A DNA stretch of 64,000 nucleotides from Ophelia neglecta. Lineage: Eukaryota. Location of the stretch: contig OZ260661.1 of the NCBI GenBank assembly GCA_965285935.1, forward strand, positions 109,430,001-109,494,000. The letters run 5' to 3'. The notes under the pieces were generated by a model. That model did not search any database and had not been told where the DNA came from. It saw nothing but the letters and a program-made list of their open reading frames with translations. This document shows, piece by piece, positions 37,461-48,830 of the stretch. Numbering within the stretch: position 1 is the stretch's first letter; each line of letters opens with the position of its first letter. The position numbers and the translations under genes are program-made.

Positions 37461-37757
37461 GAGTTCAAGTATGACCGGTTCGTGAACAAAACTTTCTACA
37501 AGAATGGGAAGGCTATCAGTCACCCAGTGATGGCTTTCGGTTCTCTCTGTCCGGGAAAACGATACGCTCAAGCCCAGCTGAGATGGTTCGTCATGGAGAT
37601 GTTCACGCGGTTCGAGATGAGACTGCAAGATGGTGAGCATGCGCAGTATGCCTACCAATACCATGGCCATGAGGTACTGCCGCCCGTGAGAGATGTGAAC
37701 ATTGACTTCCGAACGATAGACAACGCGCCCCATTTACAGCTGTTGACTGATCTGTGA
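37461..37757 (+). CDS. CYP7-clan cytochrome P450, coding exon 4 (heme-thiolate Cys, stop)
   Basis: Acceptor tttttttcaccAG|GAG. Encodes EFKYDRF (CYP7-type meander), FYKNGK, MAFGSLCPGKRYA (Cys codon 37548-37550) and a C-terminal G..VLPP..DV segment. TGA ends at 37757. Confidence 0.96.
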   Translation, partial: EFKYDRFVNKTFYKNGKAISHPVMAFGSLCPGKRYAQAQLRWFVMEMFTRFEMRLQDGEHAQYAYQYHGHEVLPPVRDVNIDFRTIDNAPHLQLLTDL

Positions 37758-38206
37758 GCAAACACACCCCAATTACGTCAAGTGGCGAGACACGCAGGAA
37801 ATGCAAGCCATACAGAGGCGGGGTCTCAATAGATTTGGCTACCTCAAAATGAAATGGTAGGGCACACCTTTGATCCTTGAATTGCTTGAAACTGGATGAA
37901 GCCTTTTATCTGCCACGGGAGACGCTCTTTGCGCACGAAATTTCGGGTCGCAACCGTCCACAAAGACCTTTGTTTAGTGTATTTAGACTATTTTGGTATC
38001 ACGATATACATACTGTATAATCGGTATTACGATATACGTATATATAATCACTAATGGAGTTTGGGCGCAATGACTGGTTTCATTTGCCCCGCAGCTCCCT
38101 ATCACCCTTCATAAAGTATATTTATGTTCTAAGAGAGAATTGAATGCTGAAATATACGGTGCTCAAATTGCTTAAAATGAAAATTTATAATGAATAATGA
38201 TATTGT

Positions 38207-38386
38207 NNNNNNNNNNNNNNNNNNNNNNNNNNNNNNNNNNNNNNNNNNNNNNNNNNNNNNNNNNNNNNNNNNNNNNNNNNNNNNNNNNNNNNNNNNNNNN
38301 NNNNNNNNNNNNNNNNNNNNNNNNNNNNNNNNNNNNNNNNNNNNNNNNNNNNNNNNNNNNNNNNNNNNNNNNNNNNNNNNNNNNNN
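38207..38386. other. Assembly gap (180 N) within the probable 3' UTR region
   Basis: Run of N. No canonical AATAAA occurs between the stop codon (37757) and the gap, so the poly(A) site cannot be placed. Confidence 0.99.
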
Positions 38387-41300
38387 GACATATAATTTTA
38401 AAATTAATTCGTCTCTTAAGCACTAGTAATGGTCCTGGGCGTATTCGTTCTAGTTTCCCCATTCGCCAATATTATTAGAGAGTTTTGGATCACGGTTATT
38501 TCTTTAGTCATATTGAGGACACACATTCATAATTTTGAATGAACGAATCGCTATGTTGTATTCATTTACTGCAATGAGGCAATGTTTGCATTAAGATGTT
38601 CTCTTTCCCTGACTCTGACTTGATGGAGTAGAGATAATATTGCCAGCTCAGGGGTGACAGAGCGAAAGAGAGCGAGATAGGATGCAAGGTATATGTGTGT
38701 GAGTCAAATTGTACTTCCAAAGATCTGCTTCTCCAAGTTGATCGATAATGATGTTATTGTTTAATAAGGCAAAAGTGCTCCTTATAAACATGTACATAAC
38801 TAGTTAGTTCAACCTTGCCACATAGTCTGTTTGGTTAGTGTTAATCGACTGTTGACAGTTTCTACTCGGTCGAGATTTGCCTGTTTGAGGTGGTTGTTCC
38901 TCGACTTGCTTTGTGCCCGACATCTTTCCAAGTCAACCTGGTGTTGAATGTAAATAGTTTTTCCTTCTAAAATCCAAGCAGTTTATGGCTTAATTAAATT
39001 GACTTGTAAACGTGATGACCTGAAAATGAATATTGTTGAAAAGAAATAAGATTTTTATTGGGGTTGCTGTTTTTGCTATAATGAAGGAATGTACATTTAA
39101 CTCATTATTAAAAGGCGGCAATCGTTACTATGCATGACTGTGCAGAGGTCGTAAGGTCATTGTTGTCGCCTGTTCGACCTACACCGAGAATAGCACGTTG
39201 GTCATCTGCCCCCTCGCATCATGTATGATTAGTAACCAAACACTGTTGCTCACGCCTATATATCAAACAAGTGCGGGGTACCAAAAGGGCGGCAGAGGAC
39301 CAGCCCCCGAGCGCAACGTGTTCGCCTTCTGCCTAACCCGAACCTAGCTCGTGTAACCTAGCTGCATGTCGGCCACCTTTTTTTGGCCGGACCTAAGCAC
39401 GGGAACACGACTCAGCGGCTGTTCTCTGTTGACGGATAATTGCTGCCGATTGAACAGCTTTGAGAACTATTTGTTATTGAGGCGTTTTTGTTGTGGTCAT
39501 GTACTTTGAAACTGAAGGCCTTATTGTACATATTAAGAAGGTGCAAACCTAACTTAATTCTGGGAATTAACTCAGATCTGCTTGGTTTATTACAGCATTA
39601 AGCTAAATCTGGTTGCTGATAGCAAAAAGTCTAACTAAGAACTGTCACTTTTAACTCGCTCTCTGAACTAATGGATGTCCAGAAAAGAATCTCAGCCCAT
39701 TTGTGTTCAAATTTTGGAGAAACTATTGAGTTAAAATCATGCACTTTCAAATTCTACATCTATTATGTCTATTAGCTACATTTACCCTGTACATTTCGAT
39801 TGGATGTTAAACATATTTATTTAAGTTATTTGAAACCACCATTATTGATATATTATTTATTTTAATTTTGTAAGAAGAAACAACTGATGTATACAACGAG
39901 TAAGTTATACTGCCAAATTGTACCGTGTTATTTTCATATGTTCAAGAATTCTTTGCCCTTAGAATAATGAATTATAATACAGTATAAATATCTAACAATA
40001 GAATTAGTTGATTAGGTCAAATAATTTATTTTTTATTTATGGTAAGTTATCGCATAACCATACTGAGAACAAGTGAATTATGTATAATAGAACAGACACT
40101 TAATAAACATCCATTAAAACTTTATGTACTTGCTTGCTGTTTCAATTCTGCCTGCTAACTAAGAAGTTAACCAAATATTAAAAATTGCAGAATATCAAAC
40201 CTTTATAACAGTTTGTCATAGTATTGCATTTGGGAAAAATCGTTCTGCTGAACAGTTCTATATACCTTCTACTTTGATACGTTGCATAAGAAAGAGATAC
40301 GTTAAGGTTCGTAGCATATGAAGATTTAGTATATATTAATTGCACACATTTCTTGTCGTTCTAATATGCGAATAACATAGCTTAAACAGAAAAATACAAA
40401 CAAAAAAGTCCGACACCCATGCTTGTTTCACGTTTTCAATATTATCTGCAAATGACGCACATAAAGAAAAGTAAACACTCTTAATACTTAATTTTTACGC
40501 TTAAATACTTCATTCAGAATATGAAAAAGTCTTATAGATAGTTGAGGGAGGGAGAGGAGGGAAAGCGTATGTTTATGTAACCTTTTTATGTAGTCTAACC
40601 CAACCGCTGCTTATTGCACTGTGACAAAATGCGTTTATCGGTATATATGTTCTGAAAATATAATGGGCTACTGACACGTTTCTTACTATGTGTTTGTACT
40701 TTAAATCAAGGAAGTTGACAAATACACTTCGTGTGCCAAAAGTTCCTGTGGCAAAATTAAAATATAATACTTAGGACAGATAAGGGTCTGTCGAAGGTGG
40801 CCTCGATTGCAAAAATTTCACGCATGGACCACATAGTGTGAAAAATTTGATTTTCTACACTAAATGGGAACGGAGATTGTGTTCAGACCTTTTGTGTCCA
40901 GACATTTTTTATTATTCGGCCAATGTGCGAAAATAATCTCTGTTAATTTCCGACCAAATTTCACGCCGAAAAAATATTCTGGTTAACAGAATCTTTCAAA
41001 GGGAATTTTAGTGTTTGATATTTATTTGAAAACCTGGAATCAAAATATGGCACATTATCATGGAATTTCTTAGATTTGATGCAGTTCCGTTTGGCAATAA
41101 TCAAAAACTTTTTTATTTATATGGCAATAAAAAATACTCGCTAAAGTGCCATTTTCACAACTGAAAAGTCTGCTGGATGTCTTAAGCGTCGTAGGAAATA
41201 CGTTGAAAACTGGGAGCCTACAGGTTTGGGAAAGAATTTTTCAGTACATGGAGCGTAGGGGCTTTAAACTAAATAAAAACATCCTAATATATATTGACAC

Positions 41301-42479
41301 CTTTGTGGCACCTTTTCATCAACTTGACCTGCTCAATGCACTGTCCTTATTTGCAAAGTATTGGTTAAATTCTGCATACACATACTTATAACATTGCATT
41401 TCAGAAACGATCAAAACTAAAAGTACGGCAAAATGCTTATGAAGATAAATAACTAATAAAGAATTCTCCTGATTATAGTTTTGTTTAAAATAACAGGTTA
41501 GCTATGATTTAAAGTTTCTTTTTACTGTGGTGTAATAAGTATTCCTTAGACAAATTACGGCCACCCTGAGGGGAGTATTATAAATTATTACTCTCAGATT
41601 GGCAGTGCCTATTTTTAAAGCTGATTTTCTGAAATTCTGATGTACTCTTACTCTCTTTTAGAAGGAAAAAAAGAATACTATCTTACACATTCTACAGTTT
41701 AAACAATTATAACCCTAACTCGATTATTAGTGACATCAATTTGAAAAACGGAGAATGTCCAATTTCCTGCATATCAAACTCGGAGCATCATATTCCCTAC
41801 ATCCGATAAACAACTGTCTAAATAAGTTTACGGTTTGTACGGTATGGATGGCATCCAATGAAATAATTATGAATTCAATACGATCTGAAATTTAAAACAA
41901 AATGTCATTAATAGTATGAAAAACAAAGATGTACTTTTTGTACAGGAATTTAGTACAAATTATGTCGGGCGACTGTTATTTGGGACAACATAATGTTTTA
42001 CGTGTATAAAATTGTACAATGAGGAAAATGACGAAGCCATATTAATTTGATTCCTTCAATATTGATTCATATCTGATTATAAAAAACGACCATTTGAGTT
42101 CACTTTACCGTACGTGAGTCCGCTTTACTCCCCGACTCATGAATTTTGACCAGAAAAACGTTCTAACAGCGACAATTCACATCCTTTACGCGTCAATTTG
42201 AACAGTAAAACTTTCGCGTCTATCTTCGCCAAAACTCAAATCGGTTTTGCAGAAAATAGATCGAATTCTTGTTAAAACTGCAAAGTACCAATTGATAGTT
42301 TTATGAGCTAGCTTAACTACTCCCACCCCTCATTTTAGCCTTACTAAATGGAACTTCTACAAAATTAATTACTTAAAAATAAAAATATGAGACTGGCCTT
42401 CTTTACCAGTGTCAGGTACGTTTTCAGAGAACCAATGCAGTGGCACAGATTTTGACCATTAGATCTCAGAGGTGGGCTT

Positions 42480-42580
42480 ATTAGTCCCCGCCATTCAAGG
42501 TGTGGGACGGGAGACTGTGCGTTTAGGGGGTGTTCGTGCGTCCGTCACTCTGTCCGTCCGTCCTGCTTGTCTGGCAGATT
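42480..42580 (+). mobile_element. Helentron-associated (HINE/DINE-1-like) element end
   Basis: The hairpin ttagtccc...gggac is followed by a GTCC microsatellite (gtccgtccgtcc), the characteristic HINE terminal layout. Confidence 0.55.
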
Positions 42581-43139
42581 TAGCAAAAAAAAAAATTGAT
42601 ATATTGTAACATTTTAAATTGTGAAGAATATAGGAATATTATTTAGAAAGTTAGAAAAGCTCATATCCAGCAAGAGTCAATAGATATGTCACCCTCTCTT
42701 GGGGGAGGTTTCGTGGCTTTTGGATCTTGGTTATATCTTTGGTTAAGCATTTAGAAACGGCTTGATTCAGATTGTTTAGCTATTCAACGGAACGGCAATT
42801 AAATTTAAAACTGAAAAGATTTATGAACATCTTAGATCCATTTCACAACAGGCAATGCAACGGCTGACTCTGATGCAGATTGCTACGCACAGTAAAATTC
42901 AAATGACTGCCGAAAGATTCAATTATTTTTAACAACGAGTTGCGTGTCAGTCTACTCTATAAGTGGGCCATCTGAGCGTCAGGAATGCACTCAGATTAAG
43001 GGCCCTGTAGATTAGAGAGACATTATCACCCTCAAAAGTTAATTACCTTTGTTAAAGATTCATCCTCCTTTTCACTCATGGCCTTTTCAAGAGTAAAATT
43101 TACTCGCTAATAAGAGTCATTTGACCCTGCTTAAGGTCG

Positions 43140-43454
43140 AAATGACCCGGACTAAGACTCAAATGACACGGACTTAGAGTCAAATGACCCGAACTGAGAG
43201 TCAAATGACACGGACTTTAAGTCAAATGACCGTGACTAAGACTCAAATGACCCGGACTAAGATTCAAATGACCCGGAATAAGATTCAAATGACACGAACT
43301 AAGAGTCAAATGACCCGGACTAAGACTCAAATGACACTGAGTTTAAGTCAAATGACCCGGACTAAGACTCAAATGACCCGGACTAAGATTCAAATGACCC
43401 GGACTAAGATTCAAATGACACGGACTAAGAGTCAAATGACACGGCCTTAGAGTC
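43140..43454. repeat. 21-bp minisatellite, 15 full units (aaatgacccggactaagactc consensus)
   Basis: aaatgac recurs every 21 bp from 43140 to 43434. Two more degenerate units lie upstream (~43098-43139). Confidence 0.97.
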
Positions 43455-44809
43455 AAATTGCTCGGTGAGCAGAGCAACCTACAACACAAAGACTTGACTC
43501 TGGCCCAGATACGCTTGCCTTGAACCCGGAGGAGGAGACACTTTGAAGTTGATTAATTTATTCATAGGTGCTGGACTCTGGGTTAAGGAGGGCCACTGGG
43601 GTAAGGCCCTTGAGGGTTGTATTTGTCTAAACGCACAGGAATTGTTCGTTAACCATTTATCCATAAAATCAAAATGGTAGCCGCCCCCCCCCCCCCTCGT
43701 CCTCAATATATTGTTGTTCCGTCCACTGGGGAGGGGGAGGGGGGGGGGGGGCTAATGGATACAAATAGGAAGTGCAAGAAACAAATCCATAAAAAAAAGA
43801 ACCGGGTACGGGCCAAAAATAGTAATTGAACAACCCAATGAGTTCGGAGAATGGGACGTCATAAAAAGAGCATATGTCCCTCACCCAGATTAGGGCGACG
43901 TGGCAGAACTCGCATTTTTGAACATGGCACATGCATAATGACTGACCGAACTTTGTATGACCCCAACGGTTACCTTGGGTCTTCAAACGCCGAACCCCTT
44001 TATACAGACCATTGCATTTCACTCGGATAAACATGATATATACATGAAGCATAAAATTTGGTCAAAAGACGAGTTGGAGCATGTCAGATATTTTGACTTT
44101 GATTGTCTAAAATTTATTGGTCAAAGTATCAAACGAAAAATAAAACAGGCCTACCATGAGCACAATACAGTATGCATGGTCCAAAACAGACCCCCCCCCT
44201 CCCCCAACAACAGGCGTTATTGATCAAAATATACACACTGTAGATTAAAATTGCCCCAGTCACAATTAGGTTGGGCAAGGGTGCTAGAAGATTATTCTTG
44301 AACAAATTTTTCTTCTAGTTTGTCACGACCAACTTTTTCTCGAATGGAACAAAAAACACCCTTTTCTAGGAAGTTTGGCCCAAGCAATCTTTTCTTTTGG
44401 TCACAAAACTTTTTTCTTTCCAAATATGAACTAGAAACATTGCCTTTCAAAAAATCATATTTTGTATCCCCCCCCCCCCCCGCCCCCCTTATATAACATA
44501 TTGGATATACTAGTGCTTCAAGCTAGTAACTTTTCAACCATTATCATACAGTTGCTATTAGAAGCGTACATATGGGTTAACTCAAAATTGGTCCAATTGG
44601 TTCGGGGTAAAAGTGTTATTGCCCTACACATGTTATTATTTAGTATTGCAATAGAAACAAATTAACCATTTCTACTGAATAGGTTTTGTTCTAAAACTAT
44701 CATTCAGTCTAGACTACTACAAACTCACGACATCACATAACCAGATAAACAACACTAATCTATCAGCTTTTTAGGTACGTGTACATGAGCTGTACTAAGG
44801 ATGTTTTTA

Positions 44810-44915
44810 ACATACAGTTCGGAATGGCTAGGCCCAAGTGTTTTTTTTAAGCCAATAGCATCATAGCATTACCCCCTCACTACATACAGTTGGGAATGGC
44901 TAGGCCCAAGTGTTT
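44810..44915. repeat. 34-bp direct repeat pair with a 38-bp spacer
   Basis: acatacagtt(c/g)ggaatggctaggcccaagtgttt at 44810 and 44882. Confidence 0.9.
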
Positions 44916-46639
44916 CATTCGTGACGAACGCATCATTCGCAGGAATTTATTAAAGAATACCGGTTTGCAGACGACACAAAGATTTTGAATTTGGACAAGT
45001 GGAAGGTAACATGTTATAGATTTCATTTGCAGTGTTCGCAAAAGTGGCTGTTCAATTTCAAGATGTAACTATGGCAACAACGGAAAGAGCAATCTCAGAC
45101 CACAGGCCTAGATATCACACATATTGAACCCGGCACAAAACACGAGGAAAGACTTCATGTGTAACTTTGCCTACTCATAAAGTGTAATCTAATTTCCAGG
45201 CAACACGTGCCGGGAAAGGGAACAAGGTTAACGGCCTTCATGGGTGTTCTTCAAGAGAATCATTGATGTTCGAGAGCTGTAAGATACTGATCCACCCTTC
45301 TCTCAACTCATATTTGGAATGGTACGTGCATATTTAACATAATAACATATAGTTAACAAGCTGGCCTTCTTAAAAAAAAGAAAGGAGAAGCCCGGATGCG
45401 GCTAATGTTTTGTGTAAGTGGACAAATCTATTGAGTGAGCGTGCTAGGCTCTAGTACAAACAAATAAGAGAGGCATAAGATTTATGTATATGTTTATTAT
45501 AAGTGAACACATGTAGGACAATACAGTTTCCTGCGCACACATCATAATATCTGCCGCCACCAGGTAAGCAAAATAATACAACTTGAGGCTAAAACATCAA
45601 AAAACATCAATTATATAAATGGTAAAAATAAGTCATAAAATTTAAATTACTGAAACAACTATAACGAGCAATCATAAGAAATTAAAAGAACAGTTATAGG
45701 GAATTTACAGTGATAAAACAAGTAGAAGTCAATTTTAAGTCACACACAAATACACAGCATGTGAAACAAACACTGCTAACTACATGAACATTAAGCGTAC
45801 ATTCTTTGTACAATGACAAGCATGTTAATTGAGGTAGCAGGGTAATTGCAGCACAGAAAGAAAACATCCCACCAGAACTGATGTCTTGAGCTATAAGCTT
45901 TAGTGTGCGAAAGACAGCATTAATTGGCTGTTGGCATTAACAGAAACTTATAGCACAAAACGTAATGAGCTGTTGTCTAAGTTTATGAACACTGAGTGAA
46001 ACATGTGAAAATAAAAATTTAATGTGAAAGTAATGATTCAAATGAATACCTAAATTTCATGGCGAATCCATCAAAGTGTAACATGGTATCAATAAAGGGC
46101 ACGTAATCTAAATAACCTAAATACTGACAAGCAATGTAAGAAACTAGGACAGCAATCATAAGAAACGTTTATGTCAAATATACACAAATCAATACAGCGA
46201 TAAAACAAGTACTAGTTAATATTCACAAACCAATACAGTGATCGAACAAGTACTAGTTAAGTCACACTTTTGTAGGTAAACAGTGCGAAAAAGTTCCTTG
46301 GCACCGCTTAAGGTGCAATAAACATGTAAATTGTCACAGTACCGAATAATCAGAGTCTGATCATTAGCTGTTCAACCATATATCCATATCAGTTTAACAC
46401 ATGTTTTCTCGCATATAAGAATCGCGTGTAAGTTGATATGTTTATACTGCAGAGGTGAAGGTCGCTCACGGCACTACCGGTCCATCCCTACGCTGGTTCG
46501 CTGCGCATGCATGCCTCTTGGCAATCAAATGTATCGATTGCCGCTATGAACCAGCGTAAGCATATTACCCATGATGCACTACCCCATGGAAGATTTCCCG
46601 TGATCCTCCCCCCAATAGGTCGAAAAATAGCGTGGAATT

Positions 46640-47361
46640 AATAAGCCCGGTGCTAATGCACCGGGCAATCAATGTTTGTGTCCACATCGGCTGCGGGTGC
46701 CCCTTGTCAGTTAATCCCAGTCTTTGATTTATTAAAAAAAAACTGTTGTTGGGAGCTTTGACCTGCTGAATTCATGATGGTAACTATCTACTAGTTATGA
46801 TCAACCTACCTACCAACTATGAGGACAGCAGGCGCAAGAGTTTTCTGGTTATTGATCGGACAATATACTGGGTTAATGGTCACTGTGACATTGATCTATC
46901 ACCTGTTACCCCATACATCTAAAGAGGAAATCTGTTGGTCATTACCAAACTACGTTCTAAGTGTGAGGAAACTGTGTCAAAGCTTTGTCTAGGTATTGAT
47001 AAGACAAGCATTCAGTGTTTAAGACCATTGTGACCTTGCCCTTTAACCGTCTGGCATCAATATGAATAGAAGTCATTTACTTGAACGTCCAATCAACCTC
47101 CAAAGTTTAGAGACACTAGGCCCAAGCGTTCTCTAGTTAATGATCGGACAAAATGTTGTTTGAATTAAAGATCACTGTGACCATGAACTTTCATTGGCTG
47201 ACCCCCTATTTTAAATCAGGAAAACTGGATGTAAAGCTCGCACAGTATCGTTTCGTTATTTAGGTCAAAGGTCACTCATCCTATGCTCCTACCACAGCCG
47301 ATGTCATTTTGACAATAGGCGATGTCGGCCGGCGAACATAAGTTAATTATATTGGCCTAGT
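46640..47361. mobile_element. Helentron/HINE-like element with three 144-bp tandem units
   Basis: Perfect hairpin gcccggtgc-taat-gcaccgggc (46645-46666). The a(t/a)tgat anchor recurs at 46851, 46995 and 47139 (period 144). gtgacc/ggtca motifs throughout; ends near CTAG|T. Confidence 0.65.
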
Positions 47362-48469
47362 TTAGAATAGTCTCCTTAAAATGGTGTAATATGTGGGTCG
47401 AAATCGTTGTGGACATAATTTGCCGTATGCTCTAAACGAATATACGAATGATAAACACCCGACATACAATCAGCATAAGACGAACGAAAATAAAGTTGAA
47501 TCGAAATGTAAATTGCATCCTACAGACAAAACATCACGATCTCACGAAAGCGCAGCTAAAACAAAGTCAACGATTTGAAAAGGGTCTATCTAAAAAATAT
47601 ATAGGAGACAGTTTACATGCGTTACGTGTTAATTTGTGACATTTAACGCGTACTTAACATGGCCACCATCCAATCTAAATAGTATTTTGGTGTTAAAATG
47701 TCACATAAGGACTGTTTATTTACATGGATATAACGTATTATGTCATTGTATGAAAGAACCTTCAACTGAGCGCCGCTATGAATAGAGGTGAAAATAATTA
47801 CTGTCATTTAGAAGGAATTGAGGTTGTTCGAATACGAATTATGCCGTTAATGGAACACACTGTGTATATAATCATGGTTCTTTTAAATTACACTAAAAGG
47901 CGCCTGTTCTCGACGAGTCACGATTTTGCAAATGACTGCGGCTCCAAAAGTTCTAGGTGTCCTGAGGCTGACTGCTCTGATGCCATGACTACGCTAGGTG
48001 TTCCTGGTTGATCGGATTTTTCTTAGTATTGTTGTTCTTTTTACAGCTACACGGGGTGAATAGATATCCTATAAGCCTACTATTAAAAGGAAAAGGGCAG
48101 TAGAGAAATACTGCGATGCCACGGTAACATATATTTTGGCATTCAATATTATGTAGCCTACATTTATTTCCTTCTAAAGGGCCGCCATCATTCAATGGAC
48201 ATATCTGAGACTTTTGGCTTCACCATATCACATGATCTATATGATATGGCCATGGTAGAATGCAGAGCAGATTTTCAGCCTAGTCGTAAACACGTGTGGT
48301 GTGTCAGCAAATATCGTTGGTTCGTTCCGGTCTAGAATCTGTTGCAATTTGTTTCTTTATGTACTTCATTAATTAGGAAGTTACCCAAATGGGCTATACA
48401 GTGAAAGATATACAACTAAATAATTTAGGCGTCAAAACGCCTTAATAATTTTCCCTCCTTTTTATTAAA

Positions 48470-48830
48470 TAAATGACATACCTGGCCATAATAAGGTTTC
48501 TTTCTTTTTTAAATCGGACAATAAGCAACTGTCAGAGATATGAGCATTCAAAAAAGTTGCAAATGGGGCTATGTAGTGCGGTTTCTTCCTTTTATAAGAG
48601 CATTTTGACATTTTTTAAATGGCGCCGTGACCTACACATTTAAATAGGTCAACCAAAAGGTAATCGATATGAGACCTGGTTCTGGGGTACATTCTAACCA
48701 AATCTGATTAGAATCGGACTAATTGTTTTTAAGTTATCTTGCCAAAAGACAAACACACAGACACACACAGACACAAGCGCACATACACGACTAAAACATC
48801 GTCTTTTTGGCTGAGCCAAGATTATTAGAC
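48470..48830 (-). mobile_element. HINE-like element end in reverse orientation
   Basis: accaaat..gattagaatcggac..ttaagttatc is followed by a GACA/CACA microsatellite and a terminal hairpin (tggctgagcca). Left boundary approximate. Confidence 0.45.

Larger units (their letters stand above)
33732..37757 (+). other. Whole gene span: CYP7A1/CYP7B1/CYP8B1/PTGIS-like cytochrome P450, 490 aa
   Basis: Exons of 89+908+179+297 nt total 1473 nt, or 490 codons plus stop, with no internal stops. Motif order matches microsomal P450s. One-to-one orthology to a vertebrate gene cannot be assigned by eye. Confidence 0.92.

Noticed and set aside
35409-37806. Antisense and alternative-frame ORFs overlapping the P450 exons
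   Set aside because: These are shadows of GC3-rich coding sequence, with no recognisable domains.
38172-38478. ORFs across the N run
   Set aside because: Artefacts of the assembly gap.
43184-43450. ORF of MTRTKSQ heptads
   Set aside because: An open frame is an automatic result of a 21-bp repeat. No splice or promoter support.
44810-44915. Repeat-spacer-repeat with CRISPR-like sizes (34/38/34)
   Set aside because: Only two repeats, no cas genes, and a spliced eukaryotic context. A local duplication explains it.
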